Shown here piece after piece: positions 46,364-55,664 of a stretch of 64,000 nucleotides of DNA. The stretch is from assembly GCA_016185625.1 (NCBI GenBank), contig JACPND010000007.1:8262-72261 (forward strand), written 5' to 3'. The stretch comes from Candidatus Woesearchaeota archaeon (GTDB lineage Archaea; Nanobdellota; Nanobdellia; Woesearchaeales; GW2011-AR9). Each line of letters opens with the position of its first letter. Within the stretch, counting starts at the first letter, position 1. The notes under the pieces are model-generated. The model had not been told where the DNA came from, searched no databases, and was given only the letters and a program-made list of their open reading frames with translations. A program made the position numbers and the translations under genes.

Positions 46364-47546
46364 CTCTATCGCCTCGATACTCAGAAAGCAGCTGTCCTAT
46401 AAAATCATTGCGGTTGATCTGCAGGCTTTCCCGGTCCAGAAGCGCAAAATATTCAGTATCCAGTATGAACGGATCGTCCAGCTGGACAGTGATGCAATGG
46501 CTGCGGATATCCGGGCAGCCTTTCTGGCGGCAGATGAGAGTGATATTTTTTTGCTGCAATTCTTGCAGTACATGAAGTGAATAGATGCTAGGATCGGAAA
46601 CAAACAGGATATCATTCTCCTGAAAGCGCAGTATTTTATTTTTTCCCTCAAATTCTTTCTGGCCGAGGGTATTTAATTTTTTGATCAGAAGAAATCGCGG
46701 AACATGGGTAATGAAGGCATACAATTCATTCAACTGCTCAAAGAGATGGTCGATCTGCTTTTGTTTGCCGGCAATTTCCTGAGTCTGCAGTTGCAGCCGC
46801 TGTTCTTTGAATTTCAGGAGCGTGTCAATGCGCTGGTTAACATTGCGCGCTTGCTGTTGAAGCCGCTGATTTACGCTGGCAAGAGAGCTACATTCTCGTT
46901 CTCGTTCTTCCAGTTCGGTGTGCAATAATTTGCTCTCTTGTTTGGACGCTGAAAAGGATTGATACAATCTCATAAAATCCTTCTGGATAATTTTGTGCTC
47001 ATCCACGACCTTCTCAATAATTTTGTTTTCTGGAGTCGGGCGAGTGAGAATATCCTTAATCGATGCAAAATGCAATTCTTCGCGCAGCGCCAGGCGGGTA
47101 AATTTTTCCTGAAGCTCTTCCAGATGATGCTTGGCAATGAACACATTCATTTTTGTCAGTGCCGGCAGCAATTTCTTGTAGGCATACGCGGCCGCTGCTA
47201 GGCAGTCAGATTGATGGTGGTTTTGATACTTATAGTCAGGATAATAGGTTCTCATCAGCATCCTCTTCTCCTCCCACAACAGATCCTCTTCCGGCACTAT
47301 TAATCTGGCTCCTGACTTCCGGGAGAATTCTTCAACAAACGAAGGGATTTTCTTTTTATCCGTTGCGGCAATGACTGGTTGGCAGACTTCAAACACCGCA
47401 GCCAGCATTTTCGCTAAGGTGAATTCCTTTCCGCTGGCAAGAGAGATGATCTTCCCCTGCAGATCGATGGCAGCAAAGGCAGCTGTCGTTCCCGGATCGA
47501 TGCCGATGACGGCTAAGGGCTTCATGTCCTGGGGGAAAAGTTGCAA
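46356..47546 (-). CDS. DUF460-like protein: N-terminal RNase H-fold (RuvC/YqgF-like) domain plus coiled coil
   Basis: VIGIDPGTTAAFAAIDL at the N-terminus; a long Q/E-rich coiled coil; an 8-nt overlap with the patatin gene. Confidence 0.45.
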   Translation of the reverse strand: MQLFPQDMKPLAVIGIDPGTTAAFAAIDLQGKIISLASGKEFTLAKMLAAVFEVCQPVIAATDKKKIPSFVEEFSRKSGARLIVPEEDLLWEEKRMLMRTYYPDYKYQNHHQSDCLAAAAYAYKKLLPALTKMNVFIAKHHLEELQEKFTRLALREELHFASIKDILTRPTPENKIIEKVVDEHKIIQKDFMRLYQSFSASKQESKLLHTELEERERECSSLASVNQRLQQQARNVNQRIDTLLKFKEQRLQLQTQEIAGKQKQIDHLFEQLNELYAFITHVPRFLLIKKLNTLGQKEFEGKNKILRFQENDILFVSDPSIYSLHVLQELQQKNITLICRQKGCPDIRSHCITVQLDDPFILDTEYFALLDRESLQINRNDFIGQLLSEYRGDRGA

Positions 47547-47572
47547 GAATATTAAAATTTATTCATCATACG

Positions 47573-47828
47573 GTACTGTCCGTTTAGTGAGTGATGTGCC
47601 CATGAGTGCAGTGAGGGAGAAGGCATAAGGCTGTTCGGAGGTTGGATTAGCACTATAGAAGGGTTTGAATAACCTATCTTAATAGTTCAAACCCTTCTAA
47701 GTAGGACTTTGAATATTGATGAAAAGAATGGTTATTCAAAGTCCTCTATAAACGCAGCGAGATGTTGCGAAATCACTACGATTAATCCGCCCGAACTGCG
47801 GCACATCACTTACTTTTTGGATTGTGCC
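47573..47828. mobile_element. MITE-like element, family 2 (subfamily B), carrying a nested family 3 element (47661-47746)
   Basis: Same TIRs (GGTACTGTCC...GGATTGTGCC) and an internal sequence ~90% identical to 11726-11888, interrupted by an 86-bp family 3 element flanked by a CTATA duplication; outer TSD catcata/catcatc. Confidence 0.8.
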
Positions 47829-48258
47829 CATCATCATGCTCAAAACCACTTATTGTATCGCCTAGGTTCAGCCTTCGATATGGAAAGTTTTGGGAAGGAG
47901 TGCAATTCGAGGAGGTCAATGTCCGAGGCTCTCCTTCTAATGGACAATACTTCAGCGCTTTAGGATCCTGGATTGTCCTGCCATAGTTTTTTCCTTCTGT
48001 GCCTAGTAGTTCCAACGTAAATTCCACGGTCCCAATACTAGACGAATCTACGCCGTCAATATTCCAATAATCAATCCTAGCCGTGCTTAGCGTCATGCCC
48101 CGTCTGGCATTATTGCATTCAGTGGCATCGCACATTCCTTCCAATAAAGAAATCGGCTTATGGGACATCTTATGCTCATCTGCTACCTTCTGCTCATCTG
48201 CTACTGACAGTCCCTGTAGCTTCAGTTCCTGTAGGGTGAGATACTTGCGGTCGATCAT
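47806..48258 (-). CDS. hypothetical protein (150 aa)
   Basis: ORF only; the last codons extend into the MITE. Confidence 0.3.
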   Translation of the reverse strand: MIDRKYLTLQELKLQGLSVADEQKVADEHKMSHKPISLLEGMCDATECNNARRGMTLSTARIDYWNIDGVDSSSIGTVEFTLELLGTEGKNYGRTIQDPKALKYCPLEGEPRTLTSSNCTPSQNFPYRRLNLGDTISGFEHDDGHNPKSK

Positions 48259-48360
48259 GATTTTGTTTTTGAGGGATCTTATTTATAAACCTTTTTACTC
48301 TCAAGTTATAAACAAATTAAAAGCAACATATTTATAATACCTCTTCTCCTACCACAATTC

Positions 48361-50187
48361 ATGAACGTCCGTCTTCATATCAGTGTACTTGCTTTTTTAC
48401 TCCTTCTCTTTTCCGCTCATGCCACCCATCAGCCGCAATACCAGATGAAACTTCTGGCGGTTCAAGAGTCTCCTGAGGGATTAGAAGGCAGCACCGCTCA
48501 ACTGTTTTTAGAACTCAAGCCTGGATCAGGCCGTGTATTCCTCGACACCTTTCCCCTCACAAAAATGGATACTCAGATTTCCACTAGATTTGCCAAGGAG
48601 ATTGCCTGCAAGTATTTCAAGCTGGACTGCAACAAGTACGATTTCATTTACACCATCAAGGCGGAATCGAACATCATCGGCGGGCCGAGCGCCGGAGCGG
48701 CCATCGCCTCATTGACGACCATAGCCATGCTGGATTTGGAGTATGATGATAACATCGCCGTCACCGGGACAATCAATTCCGGCGGCATTATCGGACAAGT
48801 GGGCGGCATCAAAGAAAAGATGGAAGCGGCTAAGAAAGCCGGCCTTTCTACCGTGCTTATCCCTTTAGGATCGGCCAAGTCCAGAGAATTCCCGCAAATA
48901 AAATGGAATGCCAGCAATAATGCCGTCAACATTTCCCTGGCCAATCGGACGATTGATTTGGTCGACTACGGCCGAAAGAACCTCAGCCTTTCTGTCGAGG
49001 AAGTTATCGATCTGGATGAGATCATCTTCCAGCTGACGGGAAAACAGCTCAACCATAAAAACGTGAGCATAACCCAGGATACCGGATACCAGCAGATTAT
49101 GCGGGGACTGCAGGATGTCCTTTGCGGCCGCGGTGAAAAAATAAGAAAAGAGATGGAAGCATCCGGCTTTCAGATCAATGAGACGGTGGCAGAAAATCTT
49201 GGAGAGAAAGAAGGAAAAGCGCGTAATGCCACGGCCACAGGTGATTATTATTCTGCTGCCAGTTTCTGCTTCGGCAACAACATTGTCCTGAAGTCATATT
49301 ACTATCAGCAGCGGAAATTAAGTTCCGCAACGGTGCAAAAACAGTTCACCGCTCTGAACAAAAAAGTTCAGGCGCTTGAACAGCAGTTAACACAGGAAAA
49401 GATAGAGACGATTACCGATTTACAGGCTCACATGGTGGTCAAAGAGCGGTTGAATGATGTGAAAAAGCAGATGCAGGAATTCGAGCGGCGAAAAGCCGGA
49501 CAGCCAGTAAAGGAATTTTATGGGCTGCTCGCCTATGCTGAAGAGCGGTTCTTCTCAGCGTTATCGTGGATGCAGTTCTTTGAGATGGAAGGGACAAAAT
49601 TTATGGTTGATGAAGAGCGCCTGAAAAATTCCTGCCAGCAGAAGATTTCCGAAAGCGAGGAGCGCTATCAATATGCCAGCTTCTTTCTGGGCGAGCTTCC
49701 CATATTTAACATTCAGGAGCGCATCCAAAGCGCCAAAAAAGCAGCTGAGGAACTGGATTTTGAATTCTGCCTGATTGAAGCATCACAGGCCAAGGCAGAA
49801 GCCAATGCCATCTTAAGCACGTTGGGATTGAGCGAAGAGAATTTTGGCGGCTTCTTAGAGAGCAAGCAGCGGGCGGTAGAGCGGGTCATTTTTGAAAACA
49901 GCGCCGCAGGGATGTTTCCTATCCTGGGATATTCGTATTATCAGTATGCCCTCTCACTGAAAGAGGAGGAGTACACCTCGTTGATTTATCTGGAATATGC
50001 GCTGGAGATGAGCGACCTGAGTATTTATTTCCCGGGTGAGGAAAATGGAAAAGAGAGGAAGTTTGAGGTGAAGAAAGAGTGGATTTTGGTAGGGGAAGGG
50101 TTTGTGATTGGTGTTTTAGTGGCGGCGCTGGCGTTTTTCATTTTCAGAATCTACCGAAGGCCGAAGCTGGTGTGGGTGAGGAAGTAA
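48361..50187 (+). CDS. secreted/membrane-anchored S16 (Lon C-terminal domain) peptidase without an ATPase
   Basis: Signal peptide; NIIGGPSAGAAIA (catalytic Ser); KEKMEAAKKAG (catalytic Lys); a C-terminal TM helix plus a basic tail. Confidence 0.7.
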   Translation: MNVRLHISVLAFLLLLFSAHATHQPQYQMKLLAVQESPEGLEGSTAQLFLELKPGSGRVFLDTFPLTKMDTQISTRFAKEIACKYFKLDCNKYDFIYTIKAESNIIGGPSAGAAIASLTTIAMLDLEYDDNIAVTGTINSGGIIGQVGGIKEKMEAAKKAGLSTVLIPLGSAKSREFPQIKWNASNNAVNISLANRTIDLVDYGRKNLSLSVEEVIDLDEIIFQLTGKQLNHKNVSITQDTGYQQIMRGLQDVLCGRGEKIRKEMEASGFQINETVAENLGEKEGKARNATATGDYYSAASFCFGNNIVLKSYYYQQRKLSSATVQKQFTALNKKVQALEQQLTQEKIETITDLQAHMVVKERLNDVKKQMQEFERRKAGQPVKEFYGLLAYAEERFFSALSWMQFFEMEGTKFMVDEERLKNSCQQKISESEERYQYASFFLGELPIFNIQERIQSAKKAAEELDFEFCLIEASQAKAEANAILSTLGLSEENFGGFLESKQRAVERVIFENSAAGMFPILGYSYYQYALSLKEEEYTSLIYLEYALEMSDLSIYFPGEENGKERKFEVKKEWILVGEGFVIGVLVAALAFFIFRIYRRPKLVWVRK

Positions 50188-50254
50188 GTTTTTCTGTTTT
50201 GGTCTAAAATTTGACCGACATCTTTAAAAACTATACACACTTATATGTATAAAA

Positions 50255-50587
50255 ATGTTAAGCCGAAAAGACCTCGTAACCCTCAATCTGGAATTCCACA
50301 CCGGTAAACTGGCTAATCCCGGCAGTCTGGAGTTTGCTCTTGATCAGGCCCAGCGAAGCCGAGACTGGTTGAAATCAACAGCGTACTTAGTCCGGGCTAT
50401 CGTCTCTGATCACGTCTTTGAGGACGGCAACAAAAGAACAGCGGCGGCGATTATAGCGACGTCTATAGATCTGCGTAATCTTTCCTACAACAAGGAAAAA
50501 ATTGACAGAACAGTTTTGAAGATAAGTGCCAAGAGCATAAAAGATACACGAAAACTTTCGAGGCTGATCAAAAATGTCATCGAGTGA
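50255..50587 (+). CDS. doc: Doc/Fic-family toxin
   Basis: HVFEDGNKRTA matches the Doc variant of the Fic motif HxFx(D/E)GNKR. Confidence 0.7.
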   Translation: MLSRKDLVTLNLEFHTGKLANPGSLEFALDQAQRSRDWLKSTAYLVRAIVSDHVFEDGNKRTAAAIIATSIDLRNLSYNKEKIDRTVLKISAKSIKDTRKLSRLIKNVIE

Positions 50588-50816
50588 ATTTGTTCAACGG
50601 GCTAGGAAAATCATCCGTGAGAACCCGGAAATGTTCTCGGCACTGGAAGAGTACGATCGGACGAGAAAATTGCCTAAATTGAGCTATAAAATACGCGCTA
50701 ATTTTACCCTCGACGCTGAGATATTGCGGCAATTCCGAAGCTATTGTAAAAATAGAGGTATGAATATGTCCCGAGTTCTGGAAAATCATATCAGAGAAGA
50801 ATTGAAGAGAAAGTGA
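50574..50816 (+). CDS. ribbon-helix-helix (CopG/Arc-like) protein, putative Doc antitoxin encoded downstream of the toxin
   Basis: C-terminal KIRANFTLDAEILRQFRSYCKNRGMNMSRVLENHIREEL is RHH-like; it overlaps the doc stop. Confidence 0.5.
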   Translation: MSSSEFVQRARKIIRENPEMFSALEEYDRTRKLPKLSYKIRANFTLDAEILRQFRSYCKNRGMNMSRVLENHIREELKRK

Positions 50817-51159
50817 GTTTGTCAATAGAGATATACCTGCTGAGTAGAATATAAACCCCTGCAAGCCGTCTTGCGACAGCCTGCTGGGGAAAAAGAGGTG
50901 ATAGATGTTTACTACTCTAAAATAGGGTTCTCTTTATAAACTTTATGAAAGAATTAGTATTCTAAAGTAGTTAAGAGAAAATGCCTCCGCGGAGACTTTC
51001 ATGCCGCAACCAATTGATTGCATGCCTTTGAACTCCGGTCAGAAGCTGATTGCACGGCAATATTCCGTACCCTTTGGATTTGCCGTACCGCAAGCTCCTA
51101 TCCTGTCCAGGCTAGACGACAGAGGCAACGAAATTAGAAAACGAAGGCTATTTAAAAAA

Positions 51160-51954
51160 CTAATGAGATTCCTTCTTGATTTGCCCGCCGCCAGCAGGCA
51201 GAAATTTAATAATTTCGTCAACATCACCGCCACGTAATTTGTATTTTATTTTTTTGGCGAGATCACTTTTTGACTCATCGCCAGGGATGACTTGCACGTA
51301 CTCAGCAGTCTGTTTTCTCACTGCCGAGATTGGACCGCCGATAATGATGCCGTCTTTTATTCCCAAGGCATATTCTAATTTTGGATACAGATAATTAGTC
51401 TTTCCATAAATCATGAAACTGCCTTTTTCTAAATATTCACCGGGTTTGGTTTCTTTCGTCACTTGCTCCGGCTTCACATACATGACGTCAATCGTGGTGT
51501 GCTGCAACTTCCAGGCGCGGGAGTGAACTGCGGTAGCCTGTGCTGCTTCCTGCAGCGTCGCCTCGCTTGCTTTCTGTCCATTCTTGATAACAAAAAACGG
51601 CGAGCCAGCCATATCCGTATGGAAAACCAAGTCCTCTTTCTCGGTATGTTTTTTGATGATCAGCTCATTGCTCGTCGCATCCTTCCCGCCAATGCAGAGA
51701 AAGCCTTCACTGGAAAAGAACCAGTGGAATTTCTCGTACCACTCCTGTTTCCGTTTCCGCTCCTGAAGCAGTTGTTTTTGCTGTTCCTCATCCCAGAATT
51801 TCGCTTCCTGCTTTTGCAGCTCATCCAGCTTTCGCTGCGTCACCGCCAGCGCCTCTTTTGCGCCTTGCATCTTTTTCTTTGCTCTCTTCGCCAGCTCGTA
51901 ATAGACCGCAGCATTCTGGTCCACGGATTTTTCTAAGGAGATTTCAATGTTCAT
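51160..51954 (-). CDS. DUF814/NFACT-R-domain protein (Rqc2/FbpA-related)
   Basis: GGKDATSNELIIKKH and HTDMAGSPFFVIK motifs. Confidence 0.5.
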   Translation of the reverse strand: MNIEISLEKSVDQNAAVYYELAKRAKKKMQGAKEALAVTQRKLDELQKQEAKFWDEEQQKQLLQERKRKQEWYEKFHWFFSSEGFLCIGGKDATSNELIIKKHTEKEDLVFHTDMAGSPFFVIKNGQKASEATLQEAAQATAVHSRAWKLQHTTIDVMYVKPEQVTKETKPGEYLEKGSFMIYGKTNYLYPKLEYALGIKDGIIIGGPISAVRKQTAEYVQVIPGDESKSDLAKKIKYKLRGGDVDEIIKFLPAGGGQIKKESH

Positions 51955-52018
51955 ATTATCTTCTTAACTTTTTGAACAGATGATTATATTTAAGAATACG
52001 CACATATTTATAAAGTCT

Positions 52019-52248
52019 ACTTACTCTAGGCACTATCAAAAAAGTGAGTGCAAGAAATGCGAAGAAAATCACATTTCTGCACAGAAATGAAGTAGCTTCT
52101 TCATTTCTTGTGATGGCAGGCCGTCTGACCAACCAAAAACCAGATCCCTTTTAGGAGGTCTGAATAGTTTTTGGCCATTAACTAGGGTATATTGTCCTTT
52201 TGGTCAGACACTTACTGGCCAAGCCTCACCTACAAAACGGATAGTGCC
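52019..52248. mobile_element. MITE-like element, family 2 (subfamily A)
   Basis: TIRs GGCACTATC...GGATAGTGCC; 8-bp TSD ttactcta/tcactcta; 5' ~95 bp near-identical to 10337-10430. Confidence 0.8.
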
Positions 52249-52272
52249 TCACTCTAGATAAAAATCCCTCTG

Positions 52273-54063
52273 ATGATCAATTTTCAGCGCAACAATCTCG
52301 ATAACGCCCTTTCCCCTTACTTGCAGCAGCATAAAAACAATCCCGTCTTCTGGCAGGAATGGTCAAAAGAAGCCCTAGAATTTGCCAAGCAGCATCAGAA
52401 ATTACTGTTCATTTCTATCGGCTATTCCGCCTGCCACTGGTGTCATGTGATGGCAGAAGAAGCCTTTTCCAATCAGCCTATTGCGCACTTCCTTAACGAA
52501 CATTTCCTTTCTCTCAAAGTCGATCGTGAACAACGCCCGGATATTGATCATTATTTCATGTCTTTTATCCAGGCCGCACAAGGTCAGGGAGGCTGGCCGC
52601 TCAATGTTTTTTGTACGATGGATTTGATGCCGCTTGTCGCCATGACCTACGTTCCTGCCGAAGAGAAATACGGCCTTGCTGGTTTTTTAGAGGTGTTGAA
52701 AGAGGTAAAAGAGGGATATGAAAAACATAAAACACCAGTAAAAGCATTTACTCCTTCTCCACCCTCATTAATACAGTTGCCGGAAGACCACGTCATTCAG
52801 CTCATCCTCAACCATTTTAATGCTGCCACCGCAGCCTTCGGCCCTGGCGCCCAGTTCCCTCCCCATTGCACTCTGCTATTTCTATTGCATTATGACGAGC
52901 AGACAAAATCGCTGAAAGTTCGCCAGCTTCTAGGAAAGCTGCTTGACGTCATAGCTGCCCGTGGACTGCACGATCACCTGCAGGGTGGTTTTTTCCGTTA
53001 TTGCGTCGATGAAAATTGGAACATCCCCCATTTTGAAAAGATGCTCTATGACCAGGCGATGCTGCTCTGGGTTTACAGCCTGGGATATAAAGTCCTGAAG
53101 AGGCCTGCCTATAAGATCATCGCTGAAAAAATTATCCGTTGTTTAGAAGATAGCTTTGCCGGAGAGGGGATGTATTATGCCGGCATCGACGCCGATACAG
53201 GCCATCAAGAAGGAGAAACCTATCTCTGGACCAAAGAAGAACTTCAACAGGCATTACCGCCGGAGGAGTTTGAGAAATTTTCCGGACTATACTCCATTGA
53301 AGAAAATTTTGAGGGAAAAATCCATTTAATCAAACAGGGTTTAACCTTTCTGCCGGAAATCGAGGAGAAACTTCTTAAAATAAGAAAAAAGAGAAAACAC
53401 CCGTCTGTTGACAGAAAATACATCACCAGCTGGAACGCCTTGACGGGAATCAGCCTGCTCCTGGCGGGAAGATATCTGAAGAACACCAGTGCACGAGAAA
53501 AAGCACTCTCCCTATTCAATGCTCTTGCTCAGCAACAGGTCAAAAATGGCCAAGTCGTACATAGTTCTTTAGCCGGTAAACTGCAAGCCGGCGCCTTTTT
53601 GGAGGACTATGCCAGTTTACTTCTATTTGCAACGTATGTATATGAAGAAACAGGGAAGCATCAGGAGTTAATGGTATCATCCTCAAAAGAATTAAAAAAT
53701 TTTAAGAAAACATTCTGGATAGAGAGTATCACTGAAGATTTTATTCCTATTCCTGCGCAAAATTTTGATCATCCTCTTCCGTCAAGTACGGCGTTAGCTG
53801 AATTAGCACAATGGAGATTTGCGGCAGTGTTAAAAAACAAGGCCGGAAAACAATTCTATTATTCTCCGCTTCAGCATGACGGCTTAAATCTCCTTGCCGT
53901 ACTCAGTCGCCATACGCATATTGTCCAGACGCCCCATCTCATCTCCTGGGATGCACTGCCCATTAATTGTATACAATTGCCAGGGAAAGAACTTCAGGAC
54001 TTTTACCATGGGAAATACCTGGCTTATAGCCACGTAGCAGAATTAGTACAGAGCCTGCAATGA
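52273..54063 (+). CDS. thioredoxin-domain protein of the DUF255/YyaL family (N-terminal thioredoxin fold plus a six-hairpin glycosidase-like domain)
   Basis: IGYSACHWCHVMAEE is the typical DUF255 CxxC context; ~600 aa. Confidence 0.65.
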   Translation: MINFQRNNLDNALSPYLQQHKNNPVFWQEWSKEALEFAKQHQKLLFISIGYSACHWCHVMAEEAFSNQPIAHFLNEHFLSLKVDREQRPDIDHYFMSFIQAAQGQGGWPLNVFCTMDLMPLVAMTYVPAEEKYGLAGFLEVLKEVKEGYEKHKTPVKAFTPSPPSLIQLPEDHVIQLILNHFNAATAAFGPGAQFPPHCTLLFLLHYDEQTKSLKVRQLLGKLLDVIAARGLHDHLQGGFFRYCVDENWNIPHFEKMLYDQAMLLWVYSLGYKVLKRPAYKIIAEKIIRCLEDSFAGEGMYYAGIDADTGHQEGETYLWTKEELQQALPPEEFEKFSGLYSIEENFEGKIHLIKQGLTFLPEIEEKLLKIRKKRKHPSVDRKYITSWNALTGISLLLAGRYLKNTSAREKALSLFNALAQQQVKNGQVVHSSLAGKLQAGAFLEDYASLLLFATYVYEETGKHQELMVSSSKELKNFKKTFWIESITEDFIPIPAQNFDHPLPSSTALAELAQWRFAAVLKNKAGKQFYYSPLQHDGLNLLAVLSRHTHIVQTPHLISWDALPINCIQLPGKELQDFYHGKYLAYSHVAELVQSLQ

Positions 54064-54093
54064 AGCACTCTCGTTACGAAAGTCAATTCCCCG

Positions 54094-54684
54094 CTAACAA
54101 CTCCTTACTTTCTCCACCGTCACCGCCTGCTCGGCACAGATCTCTTCCGTATCAGAGAAGATAACTTTCGGAATGACTTTCAACTGCTTGATCTCACCGG
54201 AAACAGCGGTATCATACGGCATCTTTCCCACATACGACAAGGCCTTCTGTATCTTTGCATCCGTAAAATCTTTCGATTCCGCTTTCTGTGAACCGATGAC
54301 ATTCAGCAGCAGCCCTTCAATCCTGATATTCACCCCATTCTCAGCCGTAAAATCTATCTCTTTCTTAGCAGCATCATAACATAACTGCTCTTTTCCCCCA
54401 ATCTGTAAGAAATGTAAATCTACATCAATGGCGCACTGCGCCCGTTCTTCCACTTGTGCAGAACCCACACCCATGACGGTCGTTCCCACGGCAATCGCAA
54501 ACGTAATCAAGATAGAACTCGTCATGATGACGGTAATGGCTTTCTTTCCCCATCTCTTGTTCCATCTCATAGTATCTTGTCTCCGGTCAGTTATATTAAT
54601 ATCTCCAATGTGTCTGCCCTTGGTACATGATTTCCGTGATCCGATGCGCCGGAATAAAAAATTCTTTTCCGTTCGCATCTTCAA
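54094..54684 (-). CDS. membrane-anchored hypothetical protein
   Basis: A single N-terminal TM segment; real start possibly MRWNKRW. Confidence 0.3.
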   Translation of the reverse strand: MKMRTEKNFLFRRIGSRKSCTKGRHIGDINITDRRQDTMRWNKRWGKKAITVIMTSSILITFAIAVGTTVMGVGSAQVEERAQCAIDVDLHFLQIGGKEQLCYDAAKKEIDFTAENGVNIRIEGLLLNVIGSQKAESKDFTDAKIQKALSYVGKMPYDTAVSGEIKQLKVIPKVIFSDTEEICAEQAVTVEKVRSC

Positions 54685-55054
54685 ACACCAGATGATCTTT
54701 CTCCACGGCTTTTAATCGGCTGGCTTCAACTGCAAAATCCTGTTTGGTGACCTTATCATGATATTTAATATGGAAGAGGTGTTTTTGCGGGTGGTTATGC
54801 ACTGCCATAAGGACCTTATTCACAGCCTTGTCCAAGCCGCCCAAGGGATCGAATTCCCGGAAAATCAATCCTGACAGCACCAGCATCGTTGTTCCGATAA
54901 ACAAGCTAAAGAAAGGCGCTTCCATATACGGAAAAGCTGCCGAGCTTTCCCAGATGCCTCTCCAAAACAAGATCAATCCCGTGGCGCTAAAGAGCGACCA
55001 TAAGAAATGCCGATCCTGTTCGCGCAGTACCATTATGCCGCACCCGGCTTCCAA
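54596..55054 (-). CDS. small membrane protein with a conserved C-terminal domain (paralog 1)
   Basis: Two N-terminal TM helices (ILFWRGIWE). C-terminal HIKYHD...KQDF..EA..LK..EKD.LVFEDANGKEFFIPAHRITEI; the IPxHRI motif is reminiscent of DUF504/MJ1316-type domains (tentative). Confidence 0.4.
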   Translation of the reverse strand: MEAGCGIMVLREQDRHFLWSLFSATGLILFWRGIWESSAAFPYMEAPFFSLFIGTTMLVLSGLIFREFDPLGGLDKAVNKVLMAVHNHPQKHLFHIKYHDKVTKQDFAVEASRLKAVEKDHLVFEDANGKEFFIPAHRITEIMYQGQTHWRY

Positions 55055-55476
55055 TGTGTCACTCCATTGCGAAGCACTTCGTTAACTCTGGCTACCGGAA
55101 TAAATGACTCCTGTCCGCCTTGATCCTGAACCACTAAAAAGCCTTTTTCTATCCGCTGCAGGTTCTTCGCCTCCAACAAAAAATCTTTCTTGGCCAGGCG
55201 ATCCTGATACTTGATATGGAACTCCTGCTTCTCCGGCTGTTTGCTGATGTCCCGCAGCACATTGGCGGTGATTTTTTCCAGTTCGCTCAGTGGCGATTCA
55301 CGGAAGATAAATGCCGAAAAGCCGAGCATGACCAGACCGATGACAAAGCTGACCCAGGGTTCTGCAAGAAGAGGAATAAACGATGAACCTTCCCACAATC
55401 CCCGCCAGAAGAGAATAATACCTGTCGCCCCCAGCATTGACCATGCGAATTTCTTGATTTGCTCGCCTGAAGCCAT
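55033..55476 (-). CDS. small membrane protein with a conserved C-terminal domain (paralog 2, tandem duplicate)
   Basis: Same architecture and ~40% identity to paralog 1 (IILFWRGLWE...HIKYQD...ESFIPVARVNEV). Confidence 0.4.
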   Translation of the reverse strand: MASGEQIKKFAWSMLGATGIILFWRGLWEGSSFIPLLAEPWVSFVIGLVMLGFSAFIFRESPLSELEKITANVLRDISKQPEKQEFHIKYQDRLAKKDFLLEAKNLQRIEKGFLVVQDQGGQESFIPVARVNEVLRNGVTHWKPGAA

Positions 55477-55664
55477 ACATCACCTTTTTTAAGGGATAGA
55501 GCAAACTTAGATATATATACCTTTCTGAAAAAAGATGGGGGCAAACGTATCGTCACCTAGTACATCCGGGGTTGCCGTATCCACTTTTTGGATAGTGCCA
55601 TTAAACCGCAAACTATTTTAACATCCTTTATTTTCCTCAACTTCGAAAGAAAGCATAAGAAACC

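Noticed and set aside
50980-51160. Possible tRNA or structured RNA in the convergent intergenic region (ccggagttcaaagg, gcaaccaattgattgc hairpin)
   Set aside because: No acceptor/T-arm complementarity could be drawn; probably terminator-region hairpins only.
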